Counted from the first letter of the stretch, positions 8,637-18,198 are shown. The stretch: DNA of 64,000 nt from an uncultured virus (IMG/VR IMGVR_UViG_3300046837_000353) (IMGVR_UViG_3300046837_000353:1-64000); one strand, 5' to 3'. The notes: a model not told the origin generated them from the sequence alone. Made by a program: numbers and translations.

Positions 8637-9104
8637 ATGGAAGTAGCGATACCAACTAAGCTAGCGATTAAGTTCGCATACAGCACAGGTATTGAGGTCG
8701 GATACCTGTTTTCCGAAGCGGTGGAAGCCTATTGGAAGGCCACAATTGATCCCAAATATGACCCGCGCAAAGCATCTTTCAAGACTTACGCCACCACCTG
8801 TGTCTATCGTCATCTCTGCAGTGTGATTGCGGAGTACAAGCGTAAGTATCCTGACTATGATCAGATTAGCGAAGACATGGTTAGTCAGGAACCTAGCCCC
8901 GAGGATGTTTACTATTTCAAGGAGATAGTGAGTCAGTTACCGGATGATGGTAAGTATGTGATCCATTTGGTGTTGGAAGTGCTGGATGGTATTCCTGCTT
9001 ATCGGGCCCGTGCGGCAATTCGTAAAATGCTAAAGGGACAGTGGGCCTCTGTTCGGATTGACACAGCATTTCACTCTGTTAGCCTGATGCTGAAAGAGGC
9101 GTAG
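8637..9104 (+). CDS. Phage sigma-70-like factor (region 2-like)
   Basis: L.SEA..AYWKA...YDPRKASFKTYATTCVYRHL resembles sigma regions 2.2-2.4. Confidence 0.6.
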   Translation: MEVAIPTKLAIKFAYSTGIEVGYLFSEAVEAYWKATIDPKYDPRKASFKTYATTCVYRHLCSVIAEYKRKYPDYDQISEDMVSQEPSPEDVYYFKEIVSQLPDDGKYVIHLVLEVLDGIPAYRARAAIRKMLKGQWASVRIDTAFHSVSLMLKEA

Positions 9105-10031
9105 TTGGACATCCTTGAAATCTACCGTAGGCATGGTGTGCACTATCAGACGGAAGGTGATAGGCATACCACGCGCGGGTGGGTCAATTGTCGCTGCCCG
9201 TTCTGCACGGGCAGCCCCGGCCTGCATTTAGGCTTTAACTTACAACACAAGTTCTTTAGATGCTGGCGCTGCGGTTGGCACAGCACCGTTGATACATTGA
9301 TTGAATTATGCCGCGTCTCATCCGAACAAGCTCGTCAACTGTACTATGAGCTTGGTGCCTCCGGTGGACCTTTTGTCCCGCGAGTGGACAAGACATCAAG
9401 GCTAATCAATCTATCTCGGTACAAGCGGCCTACAGATGTTGGCCCCTTACGTCCTTCTCACAAGCGATACTTGGCTGGTAGAGGCTTTGATCCTGAGAAG
9501 ATTGAAGCAGAATGGCATGTATGCAGCACGGGACCTTTAGCCTATCTTGACAATATCGACTACCGGTACAGGCTGTTCATTCCTATCGTGTGGAATGATA
9601 GAGAAGTGTCCTTTCAATGCAGAGATGTCACAGGCAAGTCAGACATCAAGTACCGAGCTTGCCCACTGGATCGCGAGGCTATGCACCACAAGAATATCTT
9701 GTATGGCAGGCCGGATTGCTGGGGTTCCAGGGTCGGTATAGCGGTGGAGGGTGTCACGGATGTCTGGAGGCTGGGTGCTCAAGCCTTTGCCGTGCTTGGC
9801 ATTGAGTACAAAATAGAGCAAGTGGTCCTAATCAAGAAGTTTTTTGATCGGATTGCCATTGTATTTGATGGGGATAGGCAAGCGCAGAGGCAGGCAAGAG
9901 AGCTGGGCTCTAGGCTGGATGCTATGGGAGTCGACACCTTTATTTACAAGCTTGATAAAGGCGTCGATCCCGGTAGCATGTCAGATGATGATGCGAAGCA
10001 TCTAGTTAAGACGCTTCAAACTCCGCGGTAA
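9105..10031 (+). CDS. DNA primase (Zn finger plus TOPRIM)
   Basis: CPFC..H...CWRC zinc finger; VEGVTD, FDGD..AQ..A, DPG TOPRIM motifs. Confidence 0.88.
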   Translation: MDILEIYRRHGVHYQTEGDRHTTRGWVNCRCPFCTGSPGLHLGFNLQHKFFRCWRCGWHSTVDTLIELCRVSSEQARQLYYELGASGGPFVPRVDKTSRLINLSRYKRPTDVGPLRPSHKRYLAGRGFDPEKIEAEWHVCSTGPLAYLDNIDYRYRLFIPIVWNDREVSFQCRDVTGKSDIKYRACPLDREAMHHKNILYGRPDCWGSRVGIAVEGVTDVWRLGAQAFAVLGIEYKIEQVVLIKKFFDRIAIVFDGDRQAQRQARELGSRLDAMGVDTFIYKLDKGVDPGSMSDDDAKHLVKTLQTPR

Positions 10032-10135
10032 GCACCTCTCGAGGCAGGGATGCAAGTCGTGCATCACGCATAAGGTCCAACTATCGTCGCTGTGAGTTGT
10101 ATTAATTCACTATACAACGTTTGTTTTGGATCCAT

Positions 10136-11404
10136 TTATGTTACTCTTAAGTTATACTTAAGAAATCTTTTGACCAAAGTTGTTGACTTTATTCTACGTC
10201 GAGTTAATGCAGAAAGCATCATCATAGTTACTCCAACTATCACTATTGAAACTTTGTCGTTCATATCTCCCACAATGAAAATTGGTTGTAGAATTAATGT
10301 CATCAAAACTCCAGTACAAAATGTAACAAGAGAATTCTGACCTAAAAGAATGACTGGCTTGGAAACAGTCCATCTTAAGAATTCACTCTCTCGACTGACA
10401 AAGCTATTAATAACAATCACCACTGCTAGAAAATTAGCTAGTCGGACTGGTGCTAGAAATTCTTTACTTTGAAATAGTCTCCATGGCAAACCACCAGGAA
10501 AGATGAGTTCATTTACCGATGGTATGCTAAAAATTGCGCATCCTATAACAATAGTCCAAGCTCCAATAGTTATCCAATTCCATTTATTAACTATATAAAT
10601 TTCTCTGTTCTTAATCGGAATAAACTCTGGAATTAGAATTCTTCTTCTATGAGTTTGAAGATGTCGAATTGATGCACCTATGACAAATAGGAATTGCCAT
10701 GACAAAGGATTTACCCAATGAGCACTGTTAAAATATGGAATATCCCACAATATAATTAAAGTCGAAAAGTAAATTGAAAAGGAAACTAGTAACGTTACCA
10801 ACACATTCTTCCTAAGAGCATATAGAATAATCGGAAGAATTGCTAGGAGCATCATATATACTGGCAAAACTCCTAGAAATGGTACCTTAAACTTAAAAGA
10901 AACTAGCGCATCGATAGCTTGCTGAAAGACAGTATCAATTGAGATATAAGGAGATGACTCACCAGAAATTACTACATACAAAAAGTAGAATAAGAAAATC
11001 AGAAAGTTGGCTATGTATAGCTTACCAACTCGTTTGTAAATTTTAGTAGCTGTTGGTCGTATTCCATAGTTATTCAACATACTTCCATAGACCAAATAAG
11101 AAATGTATCCTGAGATACAAATGAAAACCTCCGATGCATCGAAGAAAGTGAAATAGCGAAGGAGTAGCGGTGATCCATGAACATGATCATAAAAGATCAA
11201 AATGAGAGCGATTCCTCGAAAGAAATCTACTCTGGGATCACGAGAGCTAAGGTAGTCAGCCGGCATCATTACACCGGTGGTACCGCGCCGATTCTCTTCA
11301 ATCGGCAAAGTGTCGATATGACTTCCCTTCTGAAAATCAGCGCGTGGTTTTGGGAGACGGGACAATCTATGCTCCCAACGATACATCATTTCGGCGTAAT
11401 CCAT
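10136..11404 (-). CDS. opgC: OpgC-family membrane acyl(succinyl)transferase
   Basis: RDPRVDFFRGIALILIFYDH, DASEVFICISG, LPVY, NPLSWQFLF, LGQNSL..FC; about 10 TM segments; start placed at the AAAGGA RBS. Confidence 0.85.
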   Translation of the reverse strand: MDYAEMMYRWEHRLSRLPKPRADFQKGSHIDTLPIEENRRGTTGVMMPADYLSSRDPRVDFFRGIALILIFYDHVHGSPLLLRYFTFFDASEVFICISGYISYLVYGSMLNNYGIRPTATKIYKRVGKLYIANFLIFLFYFLYVVISGESSPYISIDTVFQQAIDALVSFKFKVPFLGVLPVYMMLLAILPIILYALRKNVLVTLLVSFSIYFSTLIILWDIPYFNSAHWVNPLSWQFLFVIGASIRHLQTHRRRILIPEFIPIKNREIYIVNKWNWITIGAWTIVIGCAIFSIPSVNELIFPGGLPWRLFQSKEFLAPVRLANFLAVVIVINSFVSRESEFLRWTVSKPVILLGQNSLVTFCTGVLMTLILQPIFIVGDMNDKVSIVIVGVTMMMLSALTRRRIKSTTLVKRFLKYNLRVT

Positions 11405-11415
11405 AACAGTTCCTT

Positions 11416-12672
11416 TCATCTCATAAACCAACGACTAATCACTTGCTTCACTCCTTTCATTGGGGAACCCCACCTTTGCCTTACTTCTTTGGCTTGTTTT
11501 TGTACTGTTATCTTTAATGGTGGATTGTGTCTTTTATGTAGTTCTTCAATTACAGCAGTGATGTCTCCTAACTTTCCATCAAAACCTACCTCAAGAACAG
11601 CTAGTGACGCAATCGAATAGGCTTCAAGCAGACGTGGTACCCATTGTGTTCTCCGCTTTAGATCCATTGGAAGGATCTTTTTCCCCACATTATTTTCAAG
11701 ATTCACCCAGTTTATTGCCCGGATTTTCAGCGTTTCCATAGTTAGAAGAGCATCATTCGGATAACCAAGTATTTTAATTTCATGTATCTTATTCCAAAAC
11801 ATCTGTTTATATTCATTAATCAAGCCCATTTCAAAGGTATAGCGCATGGCTCGGTGAAGTTTTTGATTACCTCGCTGTCCATGTTCCAAGTGGGTTAGTA
11901 TGTGAAACCATGCGTCCTCAAACGGATCTCTACTGGGCTTCAGTCTAGGACGACGATACTTGGTGATGGATGAAGGTGTAACTTCCACCACTTCCTTAAC
12001 TTTGGGTAACGGTGCGGGTGGAGGCAACACAGGAGGAGTTAATAACTTAGGTGGTGCTTCCGGGTATACCTTGGGTGCACGTTTGCGCCTGGCCGCACCC
12101 GCGCGAGGTAGAGTAGATTTCTCAGGTGGAGCCTGAATTATCTCTGGTGGGATTGGTGGTACCTGCGCAGCATATGTCGCCGCTTCTGCTTCCCGACATC
12201 CGTTAATAAGTGCTGCAACCTTATCCAAATTAACCCCATTACCATTGGATTGCGGATTAGTTACAGAGACTTCGTTATTACAGGTAGGACATGTATAAGC
12301 AGGTTTTTGATTGGAAGATGGCCAATGGGATAGATAACGTTTATTCCCACAATCTACACAAGCAGTCGTATCAGGCTTAAGCCGAATAAAATCAGAACGT
12401 TGCAGACGGGGAATATTTCCCCGACTGTTTTTTCCCTGATCATCTTGACGCTCAATGAGTGGGCGGACATATGATATAAATAACCGCCATCGGGCAGTAT
12501 GCAAACCTACATCAATCGGTGAATCTCCTCTGCCATTAATCCGGGAGGATCGGCGGAGGGCTAGATGGGGTGGAATTGATTCTTCCACCCCAGCAAAGAG
12601 CCCTCCTAACCGAACCCAAGACTCTGGGTTCGCCGCTAGATTAGCGACGGTTTGTTGTCGCCAGGTTAGCAT
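11416..12672 (-). CDS. Hypothetical protein with Zn ribbon and Pro-rich linker
   Basis: CVDC...CPTC; PPVLPPPAPLP. Confidence 0.7.
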   Translation of the reverse strand: MLTWRQQTVANLAANPESWVRLGGLFAGVEESIPPHLALRRSSRINGRGDSPIDVGLHTARWRLFISYVRPLIERQDDQGKNSRGNIPRLQRSDFIRLKPDTTACVDCGNKRYLSHWPSSNQKPAYTCPTCNNEVSVTNPQSNGNGVNLDKVAALINGCREAEAATYAAQVPPIPPEIIQAPPEKSTLPRAGAARRKRAPKVYPEAPPKLLTPPVLPPPAPLPKVKEVVEVTPSSITKYRRPRLKPSRDPFEDAWFHILTHLEHGQRGNQKLHRAMRYTFEMGLINEYKQMFWNKIHEIKILGYPNDALLTMETLKIRAINWVNLENNVGKKILPMDLKRRTQWVPRLLEAYSIASLAVLEVGFDGKLGDITAVIEELHKRHNPPLKITVQKQAKEVRQRWGSPMKGVKQVISRWFMR

Positions 12673-13685
12673 ATCGGCGAGGCAGCCTGTGCTAACCCTG
12701 AGGATGCGGAACCACCCTGCATCCGAATGATCCTCTCGAGTTCGGCTTGCACCTTGTTGAGATGATCCTTCAAATCCAGAATCGCATTAAGGGAATCACG
12801 GGGATTTACCAATGCGGATAGATGCAGATGCTCAACTCCCTTGCTGGCCTGCCTGCTCAATCCACGGCAACCACCAATAAACTTTGTTCCCATAGTGGAG
12901 GAGGTCTTACCAACCCGGGACTTGATGCGACGCTGCTCTTCCTCGGCCTGATCGTGATACTTCTTAACCACGGCCATCTCAGCATCCTGTCCCTTGGTCT
13001 TTACGGCATTGACATCACGAACCATATTCTCAACCGTTCTGCCCGTGACGGAGTAGTAATGGGGCAGTTCGGCCGCCTTCTGATAGACGATATCTGAGCC
13101 GATTTTATTGAGAGCAATGATTGTGTTCTGGGGTTGATTGCCATTATCGAAGTCGAACCCCAGCTTCGATGCACGCTTAATCCCCTGATACTCATTCCAA
13201 GCACTCAATGCTGTGGCGGCGGGAATGTGGAACATCTTCGCCAGCTCAGGAATGGTAGTATTGGGAAACTTTTCGTGCATCGAGAAGATATGATGCGTGA
13301 CATCTTGCCTGGTATCACGCTTGCCTTCGATACCGTTAAGCAAGCGCAGCAACAGCTCCTGACGATACTGATCAGGCTCAGTCACGATATAAGCATCATG
13401 CCAGTCGAGTTTGCAGTCCTTGGTCGCCTTAATCCGGTGCATTCCTGTACCGACAAGGTATTTGGCTTGATCGACTGCAAAGACAACAATCGCCGGAAAT
13501 GGAGCGCCCTCAAGCATGGCTAGGCCATACTCGTTGACGAGCAAATCATCAATTTTTCGCCTTAGACGAGCTGGATTTTCCTCACTCGCCTTGAGATCAA
13601 TATCGCTGAATAGCAGTTTCTCCACATAGCGAAACTTGTAGTTACCCTGCTTAAATAGGGCTTCAGTTCCTGCGTGTTTTGTCAT
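12666..13685 (-). CDS. ParB/Srx-like N-terminal domain protein
   Basis: V.EY..AM.EGA.FPAIVV....YLVGTGMHRIKA followed by an HTH-like segment. Confidence 0.65.
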   Translation of the reverse strand: MTKHAGTEALFKQGNYKFRYVEKLLFSDIDLKASEENPARLRRKIDDLLVNEYGLAMLEGAPFPAIVVFAVDQAKYLVGTGMHRIKATKDCKLDWHDAYIVTEPDQYRQELLLRLLNGIEGKRDTRQDVTHHIFSMHEKFPNTTIPELAKMFHIPAATALSAWNEYQGIKRASKLGFDFDNGNQPQNTIIALNKIGSDIVYQKAAELPHYYSVTGRTVENMVRDVNAVKTKGQDAEMAVVKKYHDQAEEEQRRIKSRVGKTSSTMGTKFIGGCRGLSRQASKGVEHLHLSALVNPRDSLNAILDLKDHLNKVQAELERIIRMQGGSASSGLAQAASPIC

Positions 13686-13775
13686 AATCCTTTCCTTTCA
13701 ATGTACGTCAGCAGTTAGTATATATATGCTCGCGCAACACATTGCAAGCTATTTTTGCGACGGCTTGCAATTCAT

Positions 13776-14660
13776 TCATTCTTCCTCTATTAGTCCAGCT
13801 TCTCGTAATGCAGTTATATACGATTCGAGGTATGGAATCATTAGTTTCAACCGATTGACTAATTCGGTTGCAGATCGACCAAAATCAATCTGTTCACCAT
13901 TATCCGCCTCCCGACGTATATTATGTAAAAGTGCTTCTTGTATGGCAGTTACAAGTTTTCCAGGACTGTAATGTCGCGAATTCATAAAGTTTGAGATACT
14001 CAGTAGTCGGTCATCAATTAGTACCTTATCTCGAAGTAAGTTTGTAATTCTGGTGGGGTGTAGATGGACTCTACCATATTGTTGGGTAAAGGCTAGATGG
14101 TCCTGAATTGGTGCGTCTATTGGTGGACGTTCAACTTCACCCGGTTGTGTCCATGGTGTTAGGGTCATTGGTGGTATAACAATAGGTGTTCGCCTAACTG
14201 GTGCTTGGCGAACAGGTGTTTGTCTGGTTAATGGTGGGGTGGTAGATCTTTGGGGTCGATTTTGTCTTAATTCCTTTATTTTGGCTGTTTGTTGAGTTTT
14301 GGTCATTCCTATGAAACGGTGTTGTTCAGGAATAGGTAGATCTCGAGCGATGAACACAATTGAACCAATTGCAAATTCTTTTCGATCCATAAGCTCTATT
14401 ATTTCTGGAATACCTTTCTCAACGACAGTCACTGCTTCATATGCTGTGCTTCTATTACTAAGACCAACTCGTTTTGCTGCATCATCTGGACTTAGAAAAG
14501 CAACTCCAGTATACTGCAGTTGCTCTTGACGGTGGTCCCCACCATGCGGTCTCACAATCTTCTTGAACCAACCGGCTCGTTCACTGATCTTGTAACCGTC
14601 TCGCATTTCGTTCTCGTCTATTTCAGGTATTATGATTTCATCGATGTTTATACTTGTCAT
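13776..14660 (-). CDS. Hypothetical protein with a ParB-type HTH-like segment
   Basis: HGGDHR...DDAAKRVGLSNRSTAYEAVTVVEKGIPEIIE. Confidence 0.6.
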   Translation of the reverse strand: MTSINIDEIIIPEIDENEMRDGYKISERAGWFKKIVRPHGGDHRQEQLQYTGVAFLSPDDAAKRVGLSNRSTAYEAVTVVEKGIPEIIELMDRKEFAIGSIVFIARDLPIPEQHRFIGMTKTQQTAKIKELRQNRPQRSTTPPLTRQTPVRQAPVRRTPIVIPPMTLTPWTQPGEVERPPIDAPIQDHLAFTQQYGRVHLHPTRITNLLRDKVLIDDRLLSISNFMNSRHYSPGKLVTAIQEALLHNIRREADNGEQIDFGRSATELVNRLKLMIPYLESYITALREAGLIEEE

Positions 14661-14723
14661 TGTTCTATCTCATAAAAGAGGAAGGCGGACGGCTGTTGCC
14701 GCCCGCCCCCTTTGATCAGTTTC

Positions 14724-15713
14724 TTATTGTGCTGCTTCGGCCAGTTCTGCAGGTTCGATAAAGCGCGGGAAACGCTCATCGGTGCGCAGAAAGAGACCAT
14801 TGCGACCAATTCCCTTATCCTGTTTAAACAGATTGAATGCCTTGATCAGCAGAGCGAGACGTGGACCATACTTAAGATCCATGTCGTTCTCCTGAGTAGA
14901 CAACAACTTGTTACGCAGGTGCAGGATGGGATCATGTTCGTCAAGATTTGCTCCGGAACCCAGAGGACGGAAGAAATCCTCAAGCACATCGTTCCCGTAA
15001 AGCGTCAAGATCTTCGAAGCACTAAAGATCGCCGCCGGTTTGTTACCGATGACTTTGACTGCCGTAGGGTAGTTGGCCGAAACGTGATGTGCAGCGGCTC
15101 CCACCTCAGGATGCTGGCGACTATAATTCAGCACTTCAATATTAGTGAAGGGCCGAATGACAGGTTGCTTGTTGGTAACGACCAGTGCATTATGGTCGTA
15201 TCGCCAAGCCAGCTTAATCGCACCCGCGACCGAAGCCGCCATGCCGTTTGCACCAGCTGTGTACAAGGCATCTGCCGCGTTCCTCGGCTTAGAATCGTCA
15301 ATGAACGCAAACAGAGAGTCATGCACTGGTATATCACACACCACGTAAGTTTCGAATGTGACACCTGACATGTAGCAAGCCCATAGCCGATGCTGTGCAT
15401 CCCACACTTGGCCATCAGTTGTGATCAAAATTGCCTGACCAGTCTTGATCCACATGTCCGCAATCATGCAAGCGGCATACTTACGGATAGCTGAAAGTGA
15501 AAGCTTCCGATTTACCTTGTTACGCCGAAGGAGCTTCTCGGCGATTTCTGGTGTGATTGTGCACCAACCAGTGGTAACAGGAAGTTCGGTGGGAGGAAGT
15601 TGTGTAGCTGACCATTCATCGAACCTAGTGACCAACTCCTGAAAAGCTAGTGCACTACAAGTATCAAGGTCGATGGTGACAGCTGGACTCCAAGTGGTAT
15701 TAGGTTCTGGCAT
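14724..15713 (-). CDS. ParB-like / DGQHR-type domain protein
   Basis: ITPEIAEKLL..N..NRKLS...KYA..M...W...GQAI....DAQHRLWA. Confidence 0.7.
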   Translation of the reverse strand: MPEPNTTWSPAVTIDLDTCSALAFQELVTRFDEWSATQLPPTELPVTTGWCTITPEIAEKLLRRNKVNRKLSLSAIRKYAACMIADMWIKTGQAILITTDGQVWDAQHRLWACYMSGVTFETYVVCDIPVHDSLFAFIDDSKPRNAADALYTAGANGMAASVAGAIKLAWRYDHNALVVTNKQPVIRPFTNIEVLNYSRQHPEVGAAAHHVSANYPTAVKVIGNKPAAIFSASKILTLYGNDVLEDFFRPLGSGANLDEHDPILHLRNKLLSTQENDMDLKYGPRLALLIKAFNLFKQDKGIGRNGLFLRTDERFPRFIEPAELAEAAQ

Positions 15714-15872
15714 TTTTACCCTTTCTTCTGTGCGGACGACAAATTGTCTGTTGCACGCGCTTAATGTAGCGGAGTTCAAATTCGATTGCAAGATAAAAAT
15801 TTTGCGTGTACTGCAATTGCAGATTATTGCATAACAGCTATGCAAAAACGCTTCAATCAACGCATTTTCTGC

Positions 15873-15901
15873 TTGCAATGAATTGCAAAATATGCTAGGC
15901 T
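15873..15901 (+). promoter_or_regulatory. Sigma70-like promoter overlapping TTGC-N8-GCAA
   Basis: TTGCAA-17 nt-TAGGCT. Confidence 0.65.
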
Positions 15902-15906
15902 CATAA

Positions 15907-16010
15907 TGCAGCAGGTTGCTGCGACCGTGTGCACAACGGGGTTCAATAACAGGGCAATCGCTCTGCCAACTATCTGGGTAGGAATGGCGAACCAGCAGCG
16001 ACTTGTTGTA
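15907..16010 (+). ncRNA. Candidate structured non-coding RNA (about 104 nt)
   Basis: 16-bp terminal helix with four G-U pairs enclosing multibranch hairpins; starts at the expected TSS of the promoter above. Confidence 0.5.
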
Positions 16011-16033
16011 CTATCTTTGGAAAGGACAGCATC

Positions 16034-16204
16034 GTGGTATCAGCAAAAACATTACAAGAGATTGCAAAGGTCATCTTAAGGCATGTTACACCTGAAGTGG
16101 CTGATGCGATATGCCAAGACCTGATGAAGGTTCAGGGAAACAAGAGTTATACAGATACAGTTCATCATCTGGGAATTCTGCTTCAAAGGATCACCCTAAT
16201 CTAG
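16034..16204 (+). CDS. Small hypothetical protein (56 aa; not in ORF track)
   Basis: AAAGGA RBS, GTG start, MVSAKTLQEIAKVILRHVTPEVADAICQDLMKVQGNKSY... Confidence 0.55.
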   Translation: MVSAKTLQEIAKVILRHVTPEVADAICQDLMKVQGNKSYTDTVHHLGILLQRITLI

Positions 16205-16209
16205 CCTTG

Positions 16210-16370
16210 AATTGAGTCTTGATTTCAGGCCTTTCTAAGTCAAGACTCAATTAGCCTTTTCACTAATTCATAAAGTGATAAATAACTAAATTAACCTTTA
16301 GGTTAATGATGCGCGCGACCGTGCGTGCGCAGGCGTGCGTCATGCGCGCATATATACGCGTACGCGCGCA
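16210..16370. other. Candidate replication origin or protein-binding region
   Basis: 13-bp inverted repeat, AT-rich tract, ATTAACCT-TT-AGGTTAAT palindrome and an alternating purine-pyrimidine run near the strand switch. Confidence 0.35.
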
Positions 16371-16537
16371 AGACGATGTAAGAGTCAAGAAATTTTTGGT
16401 GCTGGCTCAAATCAGGTATTGCTTTTCGTCGCAAGATCAGTTATATATATCTTTGGAGGTGTAGTACCTCCCAGGCCGGTTTTGATGCGTTCCGGCAACC
16501 CATCAATAAACGCACGCGGGCCAGGAGGCCCTATTAA

Positions 16538-16990
16538 ATGCCTGATGGTAACTTCAAACCACCCGCTCCACCCCTTCCAGCGACTATTGCTGATTGGGAT
16601 GCAGCACGAGTCAATCGCAATTTGCCGAGGAGTCTCAATGATATTGTTGAAGAGATTCATCGTCGGCTAGTTGTCGATGATTCAGAGACTGGTCGTGATT
16701 ATCGTAAGTATCTGTTTGCTATTTGGCCAAGCGAAGCGATCGAAGGTGCGATCGTTTATGACGACGCCAAGGCAGCGATGATCATCCAGCAATTTGCGCA
16801 GGATGTTGGCATTGAAATTCCTGCGAGTAGCAACAAGATCGACCCGATCGTAAAGTCGCTGCACGTAACGCTAAGTCGTTATGAGCAGTCGAGAAAGCAA
16901 CGTCGGGATGTGGTCCAAGGCATTCCTGTTACTCGTCGTCGTGGTCGTCCGCGTCGTAATCAGACCGACGATAACAACAACAACGAGTAG
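16538..16990 (+). CDS. Hypothetical protein with a basic RRRGRPRR (AT-hook-like) tail
   Basis: GGAGG RBS; promoter with TTGC-N8-GCAA at 16419. Confidence 0.7.
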   Translation: MPDGNFKPPAPPLPATIADWDAARVNRNLPRSLNDIVEEIHRRLVVDDSETGRDYRKYLFAIWPSEAIEGAIVYDDAKAAMIIQQFAQDVGIEIPASSNKIDPIVKSLHVTLSRYEQSRKQRRDVVQGIPVTRRRGRPRRNQTDDNNNNE

Positions 16991-16999
16991 GTATCTTGG

Positions 17000-17028
17000 G
17001 TGAGGGGGATCAGCCCCCCTCACTTTTT
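17000..17028 (+). terminator. Intrinsic terminator
   Basis: GTGAGGGGG-loop-CCCCCTCAC-TTTTT. Confidence 0.8.
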
Positions 17029-17042
17029 ATAAGGATGTAACA

Positions 17043-18137
17043 ATGCCTGAGGATAATGTCTTTCCAATGCCAACACCGTTAGATCGACTAGCTGCCTTAA
17101 TCCCACGAGATCTTGAGCGGCAGAAACTTGGCCGTCAAGAATGGATTGAAGGGTCATTCAATCTTTGTATCCACCTCGCTGAAGCTAAGGCACTTCATCC
17201 AGCGACTGTTGAATTCAGTCAGTGGTGTACTGATAACGGTTTTGGTGAGACCGTTATTAGTTCTGATAAAAGAGCCGCCGCTATTAAAATGGGTCAGCAA
17301 CCTGAGGCTTTACGTGTAGCATTAGAAATAACAAAACGTAGTTCGTTAGAAACAATCTACGATAACGACTTTAGAAGCTCGACTTCGGAACGTTCCGAAG
17401 TCGATAGCCGCGCGGATAGCTCAAACGAACCAACACCAACACCAACACCAACACCAACACCAACACCAACACCAACACCAACACCAACACCAACACCAAC
17501 TAATACAACTACATCAAGACCAACACCAACACCAACTAATACAACTACATCAAGACCAAGAACGGAGAGACCAGTGCAAGAGCCACCTCGTGATAGGGTA
17601 GACGAGGTTCTTCGTCGACTGGATGCAGGAGAACCAGTCACTAGGGTTGTAATTGCTGAAGTGTTTAATTGTGGTGAAACCGCAGCATCAAATGCAATCC
17701 TTGTAGCGCAAGTGGAACGTCGGATTAGACAGGAACCCACTCCAGTTGCTGTTACTGAGATGCCGGAGAATATGCGACAACGTTACGAAGCCGCAGTTCG
17801 AAAGGCAAGGCGGGAGTTGAAAGTAGAAATCACTGCTGAAGTAAGAGCAGAAGTTCATGCTAATTACGATGTAATGATTTCGGGTGTGAGGAGACGACTT
17901 GAGCGGGCAGATCGACTTATTGCGCGTGATCGTGGTCTTATGCTTCGTCAGGATTATCGAAAACTTCTCGCTGCCTTGCATGTGGATCATAATACGTATG
18001 AACATGCGCGCGAGATGTTTGAACTAGTAAAACGGCTAGAAGATGTTCTGGTAAAACCAGATGATCCACCTAGCCTAACTTTACCAACCAGTGCTGCGGG
18101 TCTTGCCGAATGGGCTAGACAACATAGAAGCAACTAG
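17043..18137 (+). CDS. Hypothetical DNA-binding-like protein with a Pro-Thr repeat linker
   Basis: 364 aa, (PT)12 linker, HTH-like TRVVIAEVFNCGETAA. Confidence 0.7.
   Translation: MPEDNVFPMPTPLDRLAALIPRDLERQKLGRQEWIEGSFNLCIHLAEAKALHPATVEFSQWCTDNGFGETVISSDKRAAAIKMGQQPEALRVALEITKRSSLETIYDNDFRSSTSERSEVDSRADSSNEPTPTPTPTPTPTPTPTPTPTPTPTNTTTSRPTPTPTNTTTSRPRTERPVQEPPRDRVDEVLRRLDAGEPVTRVVIAEVFNCGETAASNAILVAQVERRIRQEPTPVAVTEMPENMRQRYEAAVRKARRELKVEITAEVRAEVHANYDVMISGVRRRLERADRLIARDRGLMLRQDYRKLLAALHVDHNTYEHAREMFELVKRLEDVLVKPDDPPSLTLPTSAAGLAEWARQHRSN
17430..17558 (+). repeat. (CCAACA)n tandem repeat plus a 36-bp duplication
   Basis: About 12 CCAACA units, then PTPTPTNTTTSR encoded twice. Confidence 0.95.
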
Positions 18138-18166
18138 CGAATGTAAGCCTTTAATTCTTAAAGGCT

Positions 18167-18198
18167 AAAAAGGCCCCGCCTTCGGGCGGGGCTTTTTT
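18167..18198 (+). terminator. Intrinsic terminator (likely bidirectional)
   Basis: AAAAAGGCCCCGCC-TTCG-GGCGGGGCTTTTTT. Confidence 0.9.

Noticed and set aside
17357..17740. Antisense ORF with (GV)n repeat
   Set aside because: It is the reverse reading of the CCAACA repeat in the real plus-strand gene.
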